This document shows positions 39,916-53,908 of a stretch of DNA of 64,000 nt, in pieces; the first letter of the stretch is position 1; every line of letters starts with the position of its first letter. Source of the DNA: Octopus sinensis (taxonomy: Eukaryota). The translations under genes and the position numbers were made by a program. The notes beneath the pieces were generated by a model. It was not told the DNA's origin, did not search any database, and saw only the letters and a list, made by a program, of their open reading frames with translations. The stretch is from positions 25,296,001 to 25,360,000 of the forward strand of contig NC_043018.1 in NCBI RefSeq assembly GCF_006345805.1, given 5' to 3'.

Positions 39916-41136
39916 GCTAGGATGTTTAGGACAAATTTATGAAAATGCTTTGGGCAGGCATGTCCTGTAAATCACATGGTACACAGAGCATATATCCTGG
40001 TGTCTCTGCATCATACCTGATATATATTGTTATTCAACCACCAGAATAACTTGGGTCTTATATGAAAGGAAAGCTTTATGTTACTTAGAACATATGAAAC
40101 AAACTTATGAAAACACCCCAGACAGACAAAGAGTTAAAATGGTTTTAAAGGACCATCAAGGTCGGAAGTTTAGTTTATTTTCTTTCTTGGTCTACCCCTG
40201 TGCCTCCTGCGAGTTAACTCAGCTCATCACTGCAAATTATATAAAAGTGATAGAATGGCAGAGGTTCTACAATGTAATCAGTAACACTGTCAACCAGCAA
40301 GACAGAATGGCAGGTGTTCCATGACATAGCCACTTACCAAATAGCAATTAAATCCTAACAATAGACCTGTTGTTTTATTTAAATTTATAACACTATTTAC
40401 ATACTCTCTTTTACTCGGTTCAGTCATTTGACTGCGGCCATGCTGGAGCACCACCTTTATTCGACTTATTCTTTGTAAGTCTAGTACTTATTCTATCGGT
40501 CTCTTTTGCCGAACCGCTAAGTTACAGGGGACATGAACACACCAGCATCGGTTGTCAAGCGATGTTGGGAGGACAAACACACACACACATATATATATAT
40601 ACACATACATATACACGACAGGCTTCTTTTGGTTTCTGTCTACCAAATCCACTCACAAGGCATTGGTCGGCCCGAGGCTATAGTAGAAGACACTTAACCA
40701 AAGTGTCACGCAGTGGGACTGAACCCGGAACCATGTGGTTGGCAAGCAAGGTACTTACCACACATCCACTCTTTTTATAAGTAAAATTAGTGCAGCGTTA
40801 ATATTAGTTTCAACTTCTGGCATAAGACCAGCAATTTTGGGGGAGGGGGGTAAGTTGATTACATTCATAGCGACCAACCCCACCCCACGTCACCCATTCC
40901 CTGTTTAACTGGGACTTATTTTATCAACCTCAAAAGGATGAAAGACCAAGTCAACTTTGGTGGAATTTGAACTCAGAACATGATGACAGACAAAATGCTG
41001 CTTAGGAGTTTACCTGGTGCGCTAACGATTCTGCCAGCTCGCCACCTTTAGTTCAGAGTTAATATTAGAAAAGCAGAGAATAGTAGTAGTAGTAGTAGTA
41101 GCAGCAAAGTGGATTAAAAAAGCAAAAGAGACTCAC

Positions 41137-41281
41137 TGTGTGGTTATTGAGCATGAGTTGTACGGCTTCTAATTTGACTAGTTTGCGGCCACTACTGTAA
41201 CCGACTGATAACTCACTCAATAACAGAAGTGTTTTCGTGATAATTTGTTCACTCCGACCCCAATATTTCAAGTTTGTAATG
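41137..41281 (-). CDS. XPO7: XPO7 exon 13 ([49 protein letters not shown]), phase 2/0
   Basis: ttctacag|C acceptor, ACA|gtgag donor, 145 nt. Confidence 0.96.
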
Positions 41282-41884
41282 CTGTAGAAACAGAAATAAG
41301 TACAATAAAAAGAAGAAAAAAAATGACAAACATAGTAAATATTATTAAATATACACAACAAACAAAACAAACTACTTCATTCTAGATTGTATCAAAGATA
41401 AAAATAGCAAATGCAACAATTTCAATTGGATCGGTTATGGTGCACGGCTCAGTGGTTATAGCATCAGGCTTACAATCATGAGGTAGTGAGTTCGATTACT
41501 GGCCTGGGCTGTATGTAGTTTTCTAGTGCAAGACACTTTATTTCACTTTGTTCCAGTTCAGTCAGCTGTAGAAATGAGTTGTGCTGTCACTGGTGCCAAG
41601 CTGTATCGGCCTTTGCCTTTCCCTTGAATAACACTGGTGGCATGAAGAGGAGAGGTTGGTATGCATGGGTATGCTGGTCTTCCATAAGAAACAATTTTGC
41701 CCGGACACAGAATGTAACAAGGCTGACCCGATGAAATACAGGTAGAACTCGTTTTTGCCAGCTCAGTGGACTGGAGCAACATGAAATAAAGTGTTTTCCT
41801 AAAGGACACAACGCACAGCTAGGAATCGAACTCATGACCTTATGACCATGAGCTGAATACCCTAACCACTAATTTATGTGCCTT

Positions 41885-41924
<40 letters not shown>

Positions 41925-41929
41925 CATAA

Positions 41930-41975
<46 letters not shown>

Positions 41976-42740
41976 GTATCAAATGAATTAAAATAAAAAA
42001 CAGAACACAAAGGATGTCGCGGTACACGTGTTTTGAGCTTTATAAAACAACTTATTCTTACATCAATGTATAATAGACATAAAAGATAGTTTAAAAGCCC
42101 TCTTCAGTTGCACCAAAGACTTGTATCACATTATGAAAGGTCTGAGAAAAAACATTTGGTATTATTTATAATGGTAGGTAAACGGAGTATCACTGAGAAA
42201 GTATGTTTGTAAATCTTCATAATCAAACAGGTGTACAGGGTATTATTGGACTCCAAAAATCCGTCCAGATCCGTTTTCTCACTCAATATAGAGTGAATAT
42301 TCATTTAGGCATACATACATTTATATATATATATACTTATATACATGTATGAATACGAATATATATATATATACACATGTATAAATGTGTGTGTACATAT
42401 ATATATAGTCGAGGTGTACTCTGTTAAGAACGTTGGATGTGATAGCATTGAAATCAAACATTTATTTATGGAGACAGTGGTTATATATCACCTGAGGAGA
42501 TACAACTGGGTCCTATTATACAGGTAAACTGCTACTTAATTTAAATCCTGTATATATGTGGATCTACACTGTATTGAAACATGTAGTGGTCATTAAACAG
42601 CTGTCGAATCATACTCCTTCCTTTTGATTTTATTTATTCTTTCCTTTTGGGAAGATAGTTTTTGTATGTGGCAGATGCTCAGGAGCAATAAACACTGAAA
42701 ATGTGCAGAAAATAACTTCAGCCACATTCCAGAAAGAAAA

Positions 42741-43180
42741 ACTAGAAGTAGTTGATAGTTTCCGTTACCTAGGTGACCAAGTCAGTAGCGGGGGAGGGTG
42801 CACTGAGGACATGCATAAGCTCGCAAGGAATGAAGCAAGTATGATCTGATGGCTGTGTAATGTCAGTGTGCATACTCGACAGAGTTTAAGTACCATGAGA
42901 AAAAAGTTGGACCTAAGAAGCATTAGATGTGGTGTGCAAGAGAGACAACTGTGCTGGTATGGTTATGTGTTGTGAATGGATGAGGACAGCTGTGTGAAAA
43001 AGTGCCAAACTGTAGCGGTTGAGGGGAACCTGTGGAAGAGGTAGACCCAAGAAGACCTGGGATGAAGTGGTGAAGCACGACCTTCGAACATTAGGCCTCA
43101 CTGAGGCAATGACTAGTGACTGAGACTTTTGGAAATATGCTGTGCATGAGCAGACCCGGCAAACCAAGTGAGACCATAAC
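42741..43180 (+). mobile_element. RTE-clade LINE 3' fragment with internal deletion
   Basis: EVVDSFRYLGDQVSSGGGC ... LCWYGYVL ... RGRPKKTWDEVVKHDLRTLGL. Confidence 0.8.
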
Positions 43181-43685
43181 CTCGTGGCCTATGCCAGGGG
43201 TGTAACCAGCCTACTTATGCATACCTTTCCTTCATTGGACACAAAACTCTGTTTGCGAAGACCTGTTGAGGCAAGTGAAATCAAAATCAAAATCAAATTC
43301 GATGACTGGCATCCGTGCTAGTGGAGCACTAAGAGCACCATCCGTGATCGTAGCCAGAGCAGTTAACTGGCTTCCGTGCCGGAGGCATGTAAAAAGTACC
43401 ATTCAAACGTGCTATATGATTACAACCTCACATAGGAGATAGACCATAAGCATGGTGTGGGAATGGCATTAAACCTTTAGAAGTGTTCATGGGAGACAAC
43501 CGAAGGCTGTCAGAGAATAGGGACTTCCGGTACTGGTGGTCGGGGTGAGAGATTTATATGTATACAAACGTGTATATGTATGCATTTCTGTGTGTGTACG
43601 TTATGTAATGCTGCCCACTTTGATGACATGATACCAAATACATCTACAAAATAATTAAAGTAAAATATCTTTGTTAATTGCTTAC

Positions 43686-43759
43686 ATTTTTCCTATAAAA
43701 ACACTTAATACCATTGATTCGTCGCTCAACCTTAAAACTTCAGAAAGTCTTCGGTAAAC
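43686..43759 (-). CDS. XPO7: XPO7 exon 12 (VYRRLSEVLRLSDESMVLSVFIGK), phase 0/2
   Basis: ttttatag|GTT acceptor, AT|gtaag donor, 74 nt. Confidence 0.95.
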
Positions 43760-43863
43760 CTATAAAATAAACAATAAAAACATAGGAACTAATACATAAA
43801 TAAATACACACAAATCACTAAGTAGTTTCACATCTTAGAGATTATAAAACGAAATTGATTGAG

Positions 43864-44590
43864 AACACTGTGTAACATGATCTTTTGTCCTTGAGTAGCA
43901 ATGGTTATCTCCTATTTGATTAACCTCTAGAAAGTACATAAAATGGCTAATATTTCCTTTAACCGTTACTTTTGTTACATTTATTCAAACCCAAAGAATC
44001 CCTCTCAATGCATGGCTATGATGCTTCCCCACTATTCCAGACCATGATCAGAGATGCACATACTGTCAGCCACTAAGGGACATGCGCAAGTAGTTATGGT
44101 CAAGTGACTGACAAGCAAATCTGCAGCACTGAGCAGAATATTTGCTATAGCCTATTTTTATACCAAGTCAAATATCCTACTCAGTATCACAGATTTGCTT
44201 GTCAGTTGTTTGACTGTAACCAGTTGAGCATGTCCCTTGGTGGCTGACAATATGTGCATCTCTGATCATGAGCGCGAATGGTGGGAGAGCATCATAACCA
44301 TGTGTTGAGAGGAATTCTTTGGGGTTTGAATAATTCACAATCCTTAAACCTTATTTAGGAACCTTTTAAGTGGGATGAACTACATGACCTGAAGAAAATT
44401 CTAACAGGACCCCACCCCACCCCACCTGCAAGGTCATGTGCTGTTTATCTTGATATGAGATAACAATGTCACTCACATATGGTTGTGATGCATGTGCCTG
44501 ATGTGCCCTTATCAGTAGTCATGATGGATATATTGGGCTTCATATATTTGTACCCTGATGTCACTTTGATGGCATGCACTGCTCTCTCAA
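43864..44590. mobile_element. MITE-like repeat with internal about 109-bp inverted repeat (43981-44089 / 44224-44333); partial copies about 18653-18950, 23985-24500, 26370-26520
   Basis: Arms ctatgatgct...gagatgcacata...aagggacatg and their reverse complement, with multiple copies in the window. Confidence 0.75.
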
Positions 44591-45537
44591 TAATAATAAT
44601 AATGTTTTGAAATTTTTGGCACTAGGCTAGCAGGTTTGGGGAAGGGCTAAATCAATTAAACTGACTAGTGTTCAACTGGTATTTATTTTATTGACCCTGG
44701 TGGAATTTGAATTCAGAATGTATCACAGGTGAAATGCCACTAAGCATTTCACCTGGTGTGCTGACAACCCTGCTAACTTGCCACCTTAATGATGATGATG
44801 AGAAAAAGAATAGTAGTGATGGCTTCAAATTTTGGTACAAGGCCAGCAATTTCGGCATTTGAACTCAGAACAAAATTGGAATTAATACTGCTAAGCATTT
44901 TGTCTGGCATGGTAACAATTCTGCCAGCTCACTGCATTCCAATAATAATAATAATCATTATAATAATAAGGACAATAATGATGATGATGCTGATGATGAT
45001 GATAATCCTTTTTACTGGAGGCACAGGGCCTCAGATTTGTGGGGACAGGACTAGTCAATTACATTGACCCCAGTGTTTAACTGGTACTTAATTTATCGAC
45101 CCCAAAAGGATGAAAGGCAAAGTCAACCTCGGCAGAATTTGAACTCAGAATGTAGCAGTGAGCAAAATATTGCTAAACATTTCACTCAGTGTGCTAACGA
45201 TTCTGCCAGCTTGCTGCCTGAATAATAATAATAATATTATCAACAACAGGCAATGTGTTGGCAGAATTGTTAGCATGCTGGGCAAAATGTTTAGCGGTAT
45301 TTCGTCTGATGCTACATTCTGAGTTCAAATTCCGCCGAGGTCGACTTTGCTGTTCATCCTTTTGGGGGTCGATTAAATAAATTCCAGTTACGCACTGGGA
45401 TTGATGTAATCAACTTAATCTCTTTGTCTCTCCTTGTTTGTCCCCTCTATGTTTAGCCCTTGTGGGCAATAAAGAAATAAATATTATCTACAGCAGTAAT
45501 AACAATTATAACAAAAACAAAAAAAAGTATGCCTGAC

Positions 45538-45673
45538 CTTTGAAGTTTTCTGTACCTGATCACCAACATAAATCTTCCGAAACTGTTCAAAGAAACTCAA
45601 GATGGCAAGTTCTAGTTTTTCACAACCACTCTGTTGTAAACGAGAGTCGGTGAGATTCATCAACTGCAGTACT
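45538..45673 (-). CDS. XPO7: XPO7 exon 11 ([46 protein letters not shown]), phase 2/0
   Basis: ttccag|A acceptor, AAG|gtcag donor, 136 nt. Confidence 0.96.
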
Positions 45674-45758
45674 CTGGAATCAGATTATAAACACCATCAA
45701 TATTATGAAGATGCCTTTAAACAGTTACCCCCAAGCTTACAGCTTGCTGCTACATAGT

Positions 45759-45918
45759 TACAATACAGCCACCCACTGGAAAACAAACTGTCTAACTCTT
45801 ACAATACAGCCACCCCTGGAAAACAAACTGTCTAACTCTTACAATACAGCCACCCCTGGAAAACAAATTGTTCAACTCTTAGAATACAGCCACCCCTGGA
45901 AAACAAATTGTCTAACTC
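45759..45918. repeat. 40-bp tandem repeat, about 4 copies
   Basis: aaacaaactgtctaactcttacaatacagccacccctgga at 45781, 45821, 45861, 45901. Confidence 0.92.
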
Positions 45919-47945
45919 AACGAATGTTCACATAACAATATGGACAATATTTATCAATGTGTTCAATATCGTTTTTTTTTTTAATCTTTTACTTGTTTCA
46001 GTTACTAGACTTCAGCTCTGCTGGAGCGCCACCGTGAAGAATTTTTAGTTGAATGAATTGACCCCAGTACTTAGGTTTACAAGTCTAGCACTTGCTCTAT
46101 CAGTCTCTTTGGCCAAACCACTAAGTTACAGTGATGTAAACACACCAACGCTGGTTGTCAAATGGTATTAAGGAACAAAAACAAAGACCCCCACCACACA
46201 CACACACATGATGATGATCTTTTAGCTTCCATCAAGCTAATCTATTCACAAAGTTTTGGTCAGCCAAGGCTCTAGCAGAAGACACTTGCTCATGGTTCCA
46301 TGCAGTGAGACTGAACCCAGATCCATGTGGTTCAGAAGAAAGCTTCTTACCACACAGCCACACCTACACCTATAGAACATATTATAATTAACGTTAATTA
46401 AGATCATAACTTTTCACAACATTAACTTCATCTTTAGAAGCAAAACATTTGTAATAATTATTTTCATTTTACAACTTTTACCATTTCATTTTATGTGCCA
46501 CAAGCACCCTTTGATAAATGGTTGGCATTAGGAAGGGCATCCAGCTATAGGAACCCTGCCACAACAGACAGTTAAGTCTGAACAGCTCCCTGCTAGCCAG
46601 CTGCATGCCAAACCATCTAACCCATGCCAGCATGGAAAGCAGACGCTAAACAACCATGATCATGAACTTCTCAGCACTAAATATGAGGTTAAGTGCAAGT
46701 GTGACAGTGTGGCTAAGAAACTTGGTTCCCAACCATGTAATCTCAGGTTCAGTCCCACTGCAGTGCACCTTAGGCAGTTGTCCTCTATTATAGCCCTGGG
46801 CCAACCAAAGTCTTGTAAATAGATTTCATACACAGAAACTGAAAAAAACTCCATCATGTGTGTGTATATAAATCTCTCTCTTTCATATATATATATATAT
46901 ATAAGCTCATACCCCCATAGCAGAAGTGTTGAGACCATGCCACATAAAAGCACCCATCACATTTTGTAAAGTGGTCAGCATTAGGATGGGCACCCAGCCA
47001 AATCAGTTCTGGCCAAACTATCCAACCTATGCCAACATGGACAACAGACATTAAATGATGACAAGGATGATGATGATGATTATATACATATACACAAAAA
47101 CACACAAGTACATATATTTCCCGACACATCTTCACTCCATCTCTCTCACTATTGCGCTCTTCATCTTATTCACTGACTCACCCGTCTTTCTTATCAAACT
47201 GGAATATTCATGTATCTACTCTACAGCAAGACACCTATCCCTGTCCTTCTATACCTCTAATCTCTCATCATCTGGCACAAAACCACCCTTCACTATTACC
47301 CCCCCCCCCCCCATCTCGACACACACACCTCCCAGCTGAGGGGTTTTTGTCTTGCAAGCTATTTGGTGACTCTGTCAGTACTGGTGCTGGTGCCATGTAA
47401 AAAAAACACCAGTGATTGCACCATGTAAAATGCCTCCAGTGAACTCTGTAAAGTGGTTGGCGTTAGGAAGGGCATCTAGCTGTAAAAACCATGCCAAAAC
47501 AGATAATGGAACCTGTTGCAGCTCTCGGCCATACCAGCTCCTATCAAACCATCCAACCCATGCCAGCAGGGAAAACAGACATTAAAGGATGATATGTGTG
47601 CAACATAAAAGTTATATATAATATAATAGATATAAATATTTACATTTTCGCACACAGATTCATACTACAGGGCAACTAGACCTGCTAGAAATGTCACCTT
47701 ACACTACCTTCAAATCACACCCTACTAATTTACAAAGAACACAATGGTTAATGTAATCCTAGCTACACTATGTAAAAATAAAGATGGGATGGTTACTACT
47801 GAACTGTGAAACAAAAATGAAATTATTTACTATCAATGAAACCAAAAGAAGCAGAACAACATTAAAAGAACAAGGGGGGGGGATAGAATGGGAGGAGAGC
47901 TGGGGAAGGGGGAGAGTGTTTGTGGAGTAAAAGAAATGTACTTAC

Positions 47946-48051
47946 CGACATACAAGCTCTCCATCCATAGCATCATGTTCATCTGTACTGGCAAACGATA
48001 CCCTTCCACCCACAACAGCACCAATTATATACACTAACCATGTTAGACGGC
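47946..48051 (-). CDS. XPO7: XPO7 exon 10 ([35 protein letters not shown]), phase 1/2
   Basis: ctccaccag|GC acceptor, CG|gtaag donor, 106 nt. Confidence 0.96.
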
Positions 48052-50934
48052 CTGGTGGAGAAATATAAACAAGTCATTATTAAACATAGTTTAACTTTAT
48101 ATAAAGCACTGAGATAAAACATTTTCCAAAATTCAAAGAAGACCCGTCCCTGTATTCAGGACAGGTGCCAAGTTAAAAGTACTGGTGCCAGTGCCACACT
48201 CTGCAGAGTGGTTGGCATTAGGAAGGGCATCTAGCTGTAGAAAACATGCCAGAACAGACAATGGTCCTCGTGTGGCACCAGGACTTACCAACTCAGGTCA
48301 AACTATCCATCTCATGCCAGCATGGAAAAGGGACATATGATGATAACGATGATGACTATGATATATGTTTGAAATAAAGAAATATAAATAGACAGCTGAC
48401 ATTTTTACTTCATATTTCAATATTTCAACTTTTGTTTTAAAAAGACTTCATCATCATCATCGTTTAGCGTCCGCTTTCCATGCTGGCATGGGTTGGACGG
48501 TGCAACTGGGGTCTGGGAAGCCAGAAGGCTGCACCAGGCCCAGTCTGATCTGGCAATGTTTCTACGGCTGGATGCCCTTCCTAACGCCAACCACTCCATG
48601 AGTGTAGTGGGTGCTTTTTACGTGCCACCAGCACAGGTGCCAGACAAGGCTGGCAAACGGCCACGGTCGGATGGTGCTTTTTACGTGCTACCGGCACGGA
48701 GGCCAGGCGAAGCTGGCAACGGCCACGATCGGATGGTGCTTTTTCAACTTATCTCCGGTCAGCATAGTTAAATGGCCAGACGGGACTAGGACATGCAGAT
48801 TGGTAGATTCAGTTTCATATTAGCCAATCACTGTTATGCAACACTTAACACTTGTCTGTTACTGATTAGGCACCTTGGACAAGTGTTTTCTTCGATAGCC
48901 CAGAGTCAACTAATGATTAGCATTAATGAATGAATTTGGTAGATGGAAACTTTCAAAAGCTTGTGGTGCATGTACTAGGGTAAAAAGTACAACTTAAATA
49001 CTGGGGTTGATGACATTCACTACTCCCACTCCCCTCAAAATTGCTGGCCTTGTGCCAAAAATTGAAACCATTATTACTATAGTTACTTAAGGTGGTGAGC
49101 TAGCAGAATTGTTACCATGTCGGGCAAAATGCTTAGTGGCATTTCGTCTGCCTTTATATCCTGAGTTCAATTTCCATTAAGGTCAACTTTGCTCTTCATC
49201 CTTTTGGGGATCAATAAAATAAGCACCAGTTGATCCCTGGGGTCAATGTAATCGACTTACCCCTCACCCAAAATTGCTGGCCTTGTGCCAAAATTGGAAA
49301 ACCATTATTATTACTATTATTATTTTCATCATTTCTTTGTAATACATCTGTTCTGATAATCAATGGTAAACTTGATCAGCAAACTCTCTGCAACAGTCGA
49401 CAATCGACACCAAAGTGAGCTGCTACGGGTCACACTATCCCAGAGTGTGTATACATGTGACTAGGGACCACATGTGAACTTGTATTTCCACTGAAACTCT
49501 GACCAACTCTACTTGTTAGTCAGCAATTTTGAGAGAGAGAGGCTAAGACAATTACATCACCACGAGGGCTCAATTGGTTCATGTTTTATCAACCACGAAA
49601 GGATGAAAGGCAAAGTTGACTTCAGCAGAATTTGAACTCACAATGTAAAGATGGATGAAATGCCACTAAGCATTTCGCCTGAGGGTAGTTTTTCTACATG
49701 ACTGGCTCCTGTCAACCGTCCTACCTATGCATGTATGGAGGATGGACATTAAATGATGATGATGATGATGATGCACTAACAATTCTGCCAGACCACCACT
49801 TTACATGTACAAGTAACATTGAATATAATTAATTTACTATATTCTTTTCTACTCTAGGCATAAGGCCCGAAATTTTGTGAGAGGGGGCCAGTCGATTAGA
49901 TCAACCCCAATATGCAACTGGCACTTAATTTATCGACCCTGAAAGGATGAAAGGCAAAGTCAGCCTTGGCAGAATTTGAACTTAGAACGTAAAGACAGAT
50001 GAAATGCAACTAAGCATTTTGCCTGGCATGCCAACATTTCTGCCAGATCGCCACCTTAATTAGTTTACTATATTCAGAAAGCCCAACATAATATATAGCA
50101 TGTCCACTGAAGGCAGCACTGCTCATCATCACCATCAACGTCATTTAGCATCTGCTTCTCATGCTGGCATGAGTTAGATGCTTTGACTGAAACTAGTAAG
50201 CTGGGGGGGGGCTGCACCAGGTTCCAATCTGATTTGACATGCTTTTTATGGCTGGATGTCCTTCCTAACACTAACCAATCCAAGAATGTAATGGGTGCTT
50301 CTTATATGCCAGTTGCATGTCACCGACACTGGCCACAACTACAATGCCACTTGGCTTGACGGGTCTTCTCAAGCTTGGTATATCACTTGTCATTGCCTCC
50401 GTGAGGCCCATTATATGGTATACTCATTCTCTCATTAACTTGTTTCAGTCATTTGACTGTGGCCATGCTGGAGCACCGCCTTTAGTCGAGGAAATCGACC
50501 CCAGGACTTATTCTTTGTAAGCCTAGTATTTATTCTATCGTCTCTTTTGCTGAACCGCTAAGTTACGGCGACGTAAACACACCAGCATCGGTTGTCAAGT
50601 GATGTGGGGGGGAGGTGACAAACACAACACACAAACATACACACATATATATACATATATACGATGGACTTCTTTCAGTTTTCGTCTACCAATGTGGAAA
50701 GAAACAGGACAGTTAAGGTTTGCATGCAGTTTTCTTCCTCCTTTGGTTTGTTTTTGAATTAAAAATTTATCAATTAAGGTCCAGTTTCAATCCCAAACTA
50801 GCATCACTCCACTTGTGTCGCTTTTTGAGAAAGACACAAACATCAGGAAAACCTACATTCTCCTCTTTACTACCATTCCCACAGACATGACAAACGGAGA
50901 ATGTAGGGAATCCGTTGTCATCTGAGCTACTCAC

Positions 50935-51067
50935 CTTGCTGAACTGCTACTTCTACACTTTGTCCGCCAGATGAAATCAGTTCTTGGTACCGCTGAGCTG
51001 CTTCGTCAAACAGCTGCACAAGTAATGCACAGGTTTTCTCGTACTCACAACGTCCGATAGTTGATAG
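50935..51067 (-). CDS. XPO7: XPO7 exon 9 ([44 protein letters not shown]), phase 0/1
   Basis: ttgcag|CTA acceptor, G|gtgag donor, 133 nt. Confidence 0.96.
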
Positions 51068-52160
51068 CTGCAATCAGAGAGAAACATGTATAATAAAACT
51101 GCACAGCCAACACCTTCAGAAATATATTCTTTTATTTTTCTATTTGTTTCAGTCATTTGACTGCAGCCAAGCTGGAGCACTGCCTTTAAAGATTTTAGTC
51201 CAACAAATTTTTTATATTTTTATTTTTATTTTTTAAGCCTAGTACTTATTCTGTTGGTTTCTTTTGCCAAACTGCTAAGTTACAGGGATGTAAACACACA
51301 CAACACTGGTTGTCAAGCAATGGGGGCTGAGGGGAAGGCAAATACACACACACACACACGATGGGCTTCTTTCAGTTTCTGCCTTCCAAATCCACTCTCA
51401 TGGCTTTGGTCAGCCCGAGGCACTTGCCCAAAGTGCCACACAGTGGGAGTGAACCTGTTTTTCAAGGAAAGGATCTCTTATTCTATACATATGTAAAGGC
51501 AACAAACCAGTTTATGTTTTGTTGACAGGTGATATAAAAAAACTACACCACCACTTGTAGCTTGGCGATTTTCAAAGAAACATAAATGTAAACACTTACA
51601 CACACACATATAAATACACATGACAGGTTTCTTTCAGTTTCTGTTTACCTAACCACTTACAAGGCCTTGGCTAGCTGTATGTGTGTGTGTGAGAGAGAGT
51701 GAGAGAGTCCAAGTGAATGTGCATTGCATGAGCCAGCACACACAGCGTCCCCAAAGTCCATCCCCTCCTCACCATGGTGGGGACGCTGGCAACGGGTAGT
51801 GTCAGAGCTATGCCGTCGGTGAAAATCCTCCGACTGTCTGTTTCAGCAACCAGCGGCTCTTCAGTCGTTCTGTCTCTGCGTCTGCGGACAATCTGTGGCA
51901 AACAGGATGTCTCTACATGCGGGATTGTTGGGGACTGCTTGTGAAATCCACATATTCCCACAAAACTTCTTCCATGAGAAGAAGCCGACTCAACCCGCCC
52001 AGGGTGAATGTCGCCACAAGTACAAGTAAGTAAGCACACACACACAAACACTGTATGCCTAAGCATCGATTCAAACCAAACATCCATTGCTCCACTCTCA
52101 TTTGCTTATCTCTATCTGCACCAGTTTAGGGAAGAAGAAATAACAAACAGACCAACTCAC

Positions 52161-52218
52161 CTGATCTAGTTGTTGAGTTACCATCCCATTATCTTCTAAA
52201 GGATCTTCAAGGCCCTCG
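52161..52218 (-). CDS. XPO7: XPO7 exon 8 (TEGLEDPLEDNGMVTQQLDQ), phase 2/0
   Basis: aattccag|C acceptor, CAG|gtgag donor, 58 nt; not in the ORF track. Confidence 0.94.
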
Positions 52219-53351
52219 CTGGAATTAAAAGACAAAAATATGTCCAATTACAAGCATTTACATATTTGTGGAAAAAACAATGAAAAATGCTTTTCTCTAA
52301 AGCCTAAAAACTTAAAATCTTAAACCAAACTTTGGTCATGAATTACCATAGGATTGCACCTAGAAAGTTTACTTCTGAGGTCCAAGTCCAGGCAAAGTTG
52401 TTTATGGAAGATCAGCAGTCGTCCATGCATACTGGCCTCCCCTCTCCACACCACCAATGTTATCCATGGAAAAGGCAAAAGCTGATACAGCTTGGCACCA
52501 GTGACGTCACAATTCGTTTCTACAACTGAGTGAACTGCAGCAACATGAAATAAAGTGTCTTGCTCAAGAACACAACACACAGCCCGGTCAGGGAATCAAA
52601 CTCACAACCACGCGATCATAAGCCTGATGCTCTCAGCACTGAGGCCATGTGAGTTCACCTTACACGATACACATGTACTACAACAATAAAGAAAGACTAA
52701 AACCTGAAAATCTTTAGATTACTTTAAAATCTTTAATCATAATCTTCAATTTTTTTTCTCCATCTCTGAGAAAGAAAATGCATGCAGGAGCATACACTCA
52801 ATCCATAACTGATAGAATGGTCCATATGGTAAGACATGATGAACTCAACATTGTACGCTAGTAAAATATTTGACATTTATAGAGTGTGCCAACTGGTGAA
52901 AAACAATAAGCTGTATCTTCTGCCATTGGTGTAGTAAGTAATAAGTTATATTAAGTAAAAACAAATAACTACCCCTATTGGTCCAGAAAAAATTAGACAT
53001 GGCTTAGATCTGGCTAAAAGATATGGTTCATCAGTCAACCTCGTTAACTATTTGTCCAATACAATTTCAGCTCAGTCAGTCGGTTAAATGAATAGCTAAA
53101 TTAATTTAAGCATGAAACCCATAATTCTAAGTGAAGGGGTCAGTTGATACCATTGACCTCAGTACATGACTGCTACTTTACTTTATCAAGACCCAAAAGT
53201 ATGAAAAGTAAAGTCAACTTCAGTGGGATTTGAACTCAGAAAATAAAGAACCAGAATGAATACTGCAAAGCATTCTCTTTTTTTTTTTTTTCAATACTAA
53301 TGAATAATTCTGCCCATCCACCACCATCAAATAAAGAAAGAGCTATCTTAC

Positions 53352-53524
53352 GTGAGGGCCACATGGACAGATTCCATCCTTGAGGTAATATAGGCTTTAG
53401 TGACTTCTGGTGTGTAGGTTTCTAAAAGATGAGGTTCTGAAGCTTTCACATAAGGAACTGAAGCCACCATACGCTGCCACAAACTCAATAAATAATGTAT
53501 GCTGTTTGGTGCGCATTGCCACAT
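53352..53524 (-). CDS. XPO7: XPO7 exon 7 ([57 protein letters not shown]), phase 0/2
   Basis: tttttccag|ATG acceptor, AC|gtaag donor, 173 nt. Confidence 0.97.
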
Positions 53525-53761
53525 CTGGAAAAATAGATCACAAATATTGTAAACATCAGAAAAGGACTGAGAGTCACACATCATCATCATCATCATTTAA
53601 CAATTTTTCCATGCTTGCATGAGCTGTTGGCAAATTTCAGAAAAGGTTGAAAGTTTTGAAGGATATAGAGTCCTAACAGCTCACAAGTGATATCTTTATA
53701 ATGACCAGAGTTGTCTGGTTTTAAAGTTGAGCAACTGAAACAGGAACAAAAAGATACTTAC

Positions 53762-53908
53762 ACGTAAACTAGTTACTGTAAATTCAGCAATGAGTTTAAT
53801 AATTTCAGGATAGTTATCTACTTTTACAAGTTCCCCTAGCTGATAATTTGATTTCAAGCGGGCAAGCAACCGACAAAATTCATGGTAGTTATTAGGATGT
53901 GACAAACT
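53762..53908 (-). CDS. XPO7: XPO7 exon 6 ([49 protein letters not shown]), phase 0/0
   Basis: tttacag|AGT acceptor, CGT|gtaag donor, 147 nt. Confidence 0.97.

Noticed and set aside
51671-52087. 138-aa ORF in a GC-richer island
   Set aside because: It ends in microsatellites, overlaps an RTE-like 3' tail, and has no splice or homology support; probably a repeat relic.
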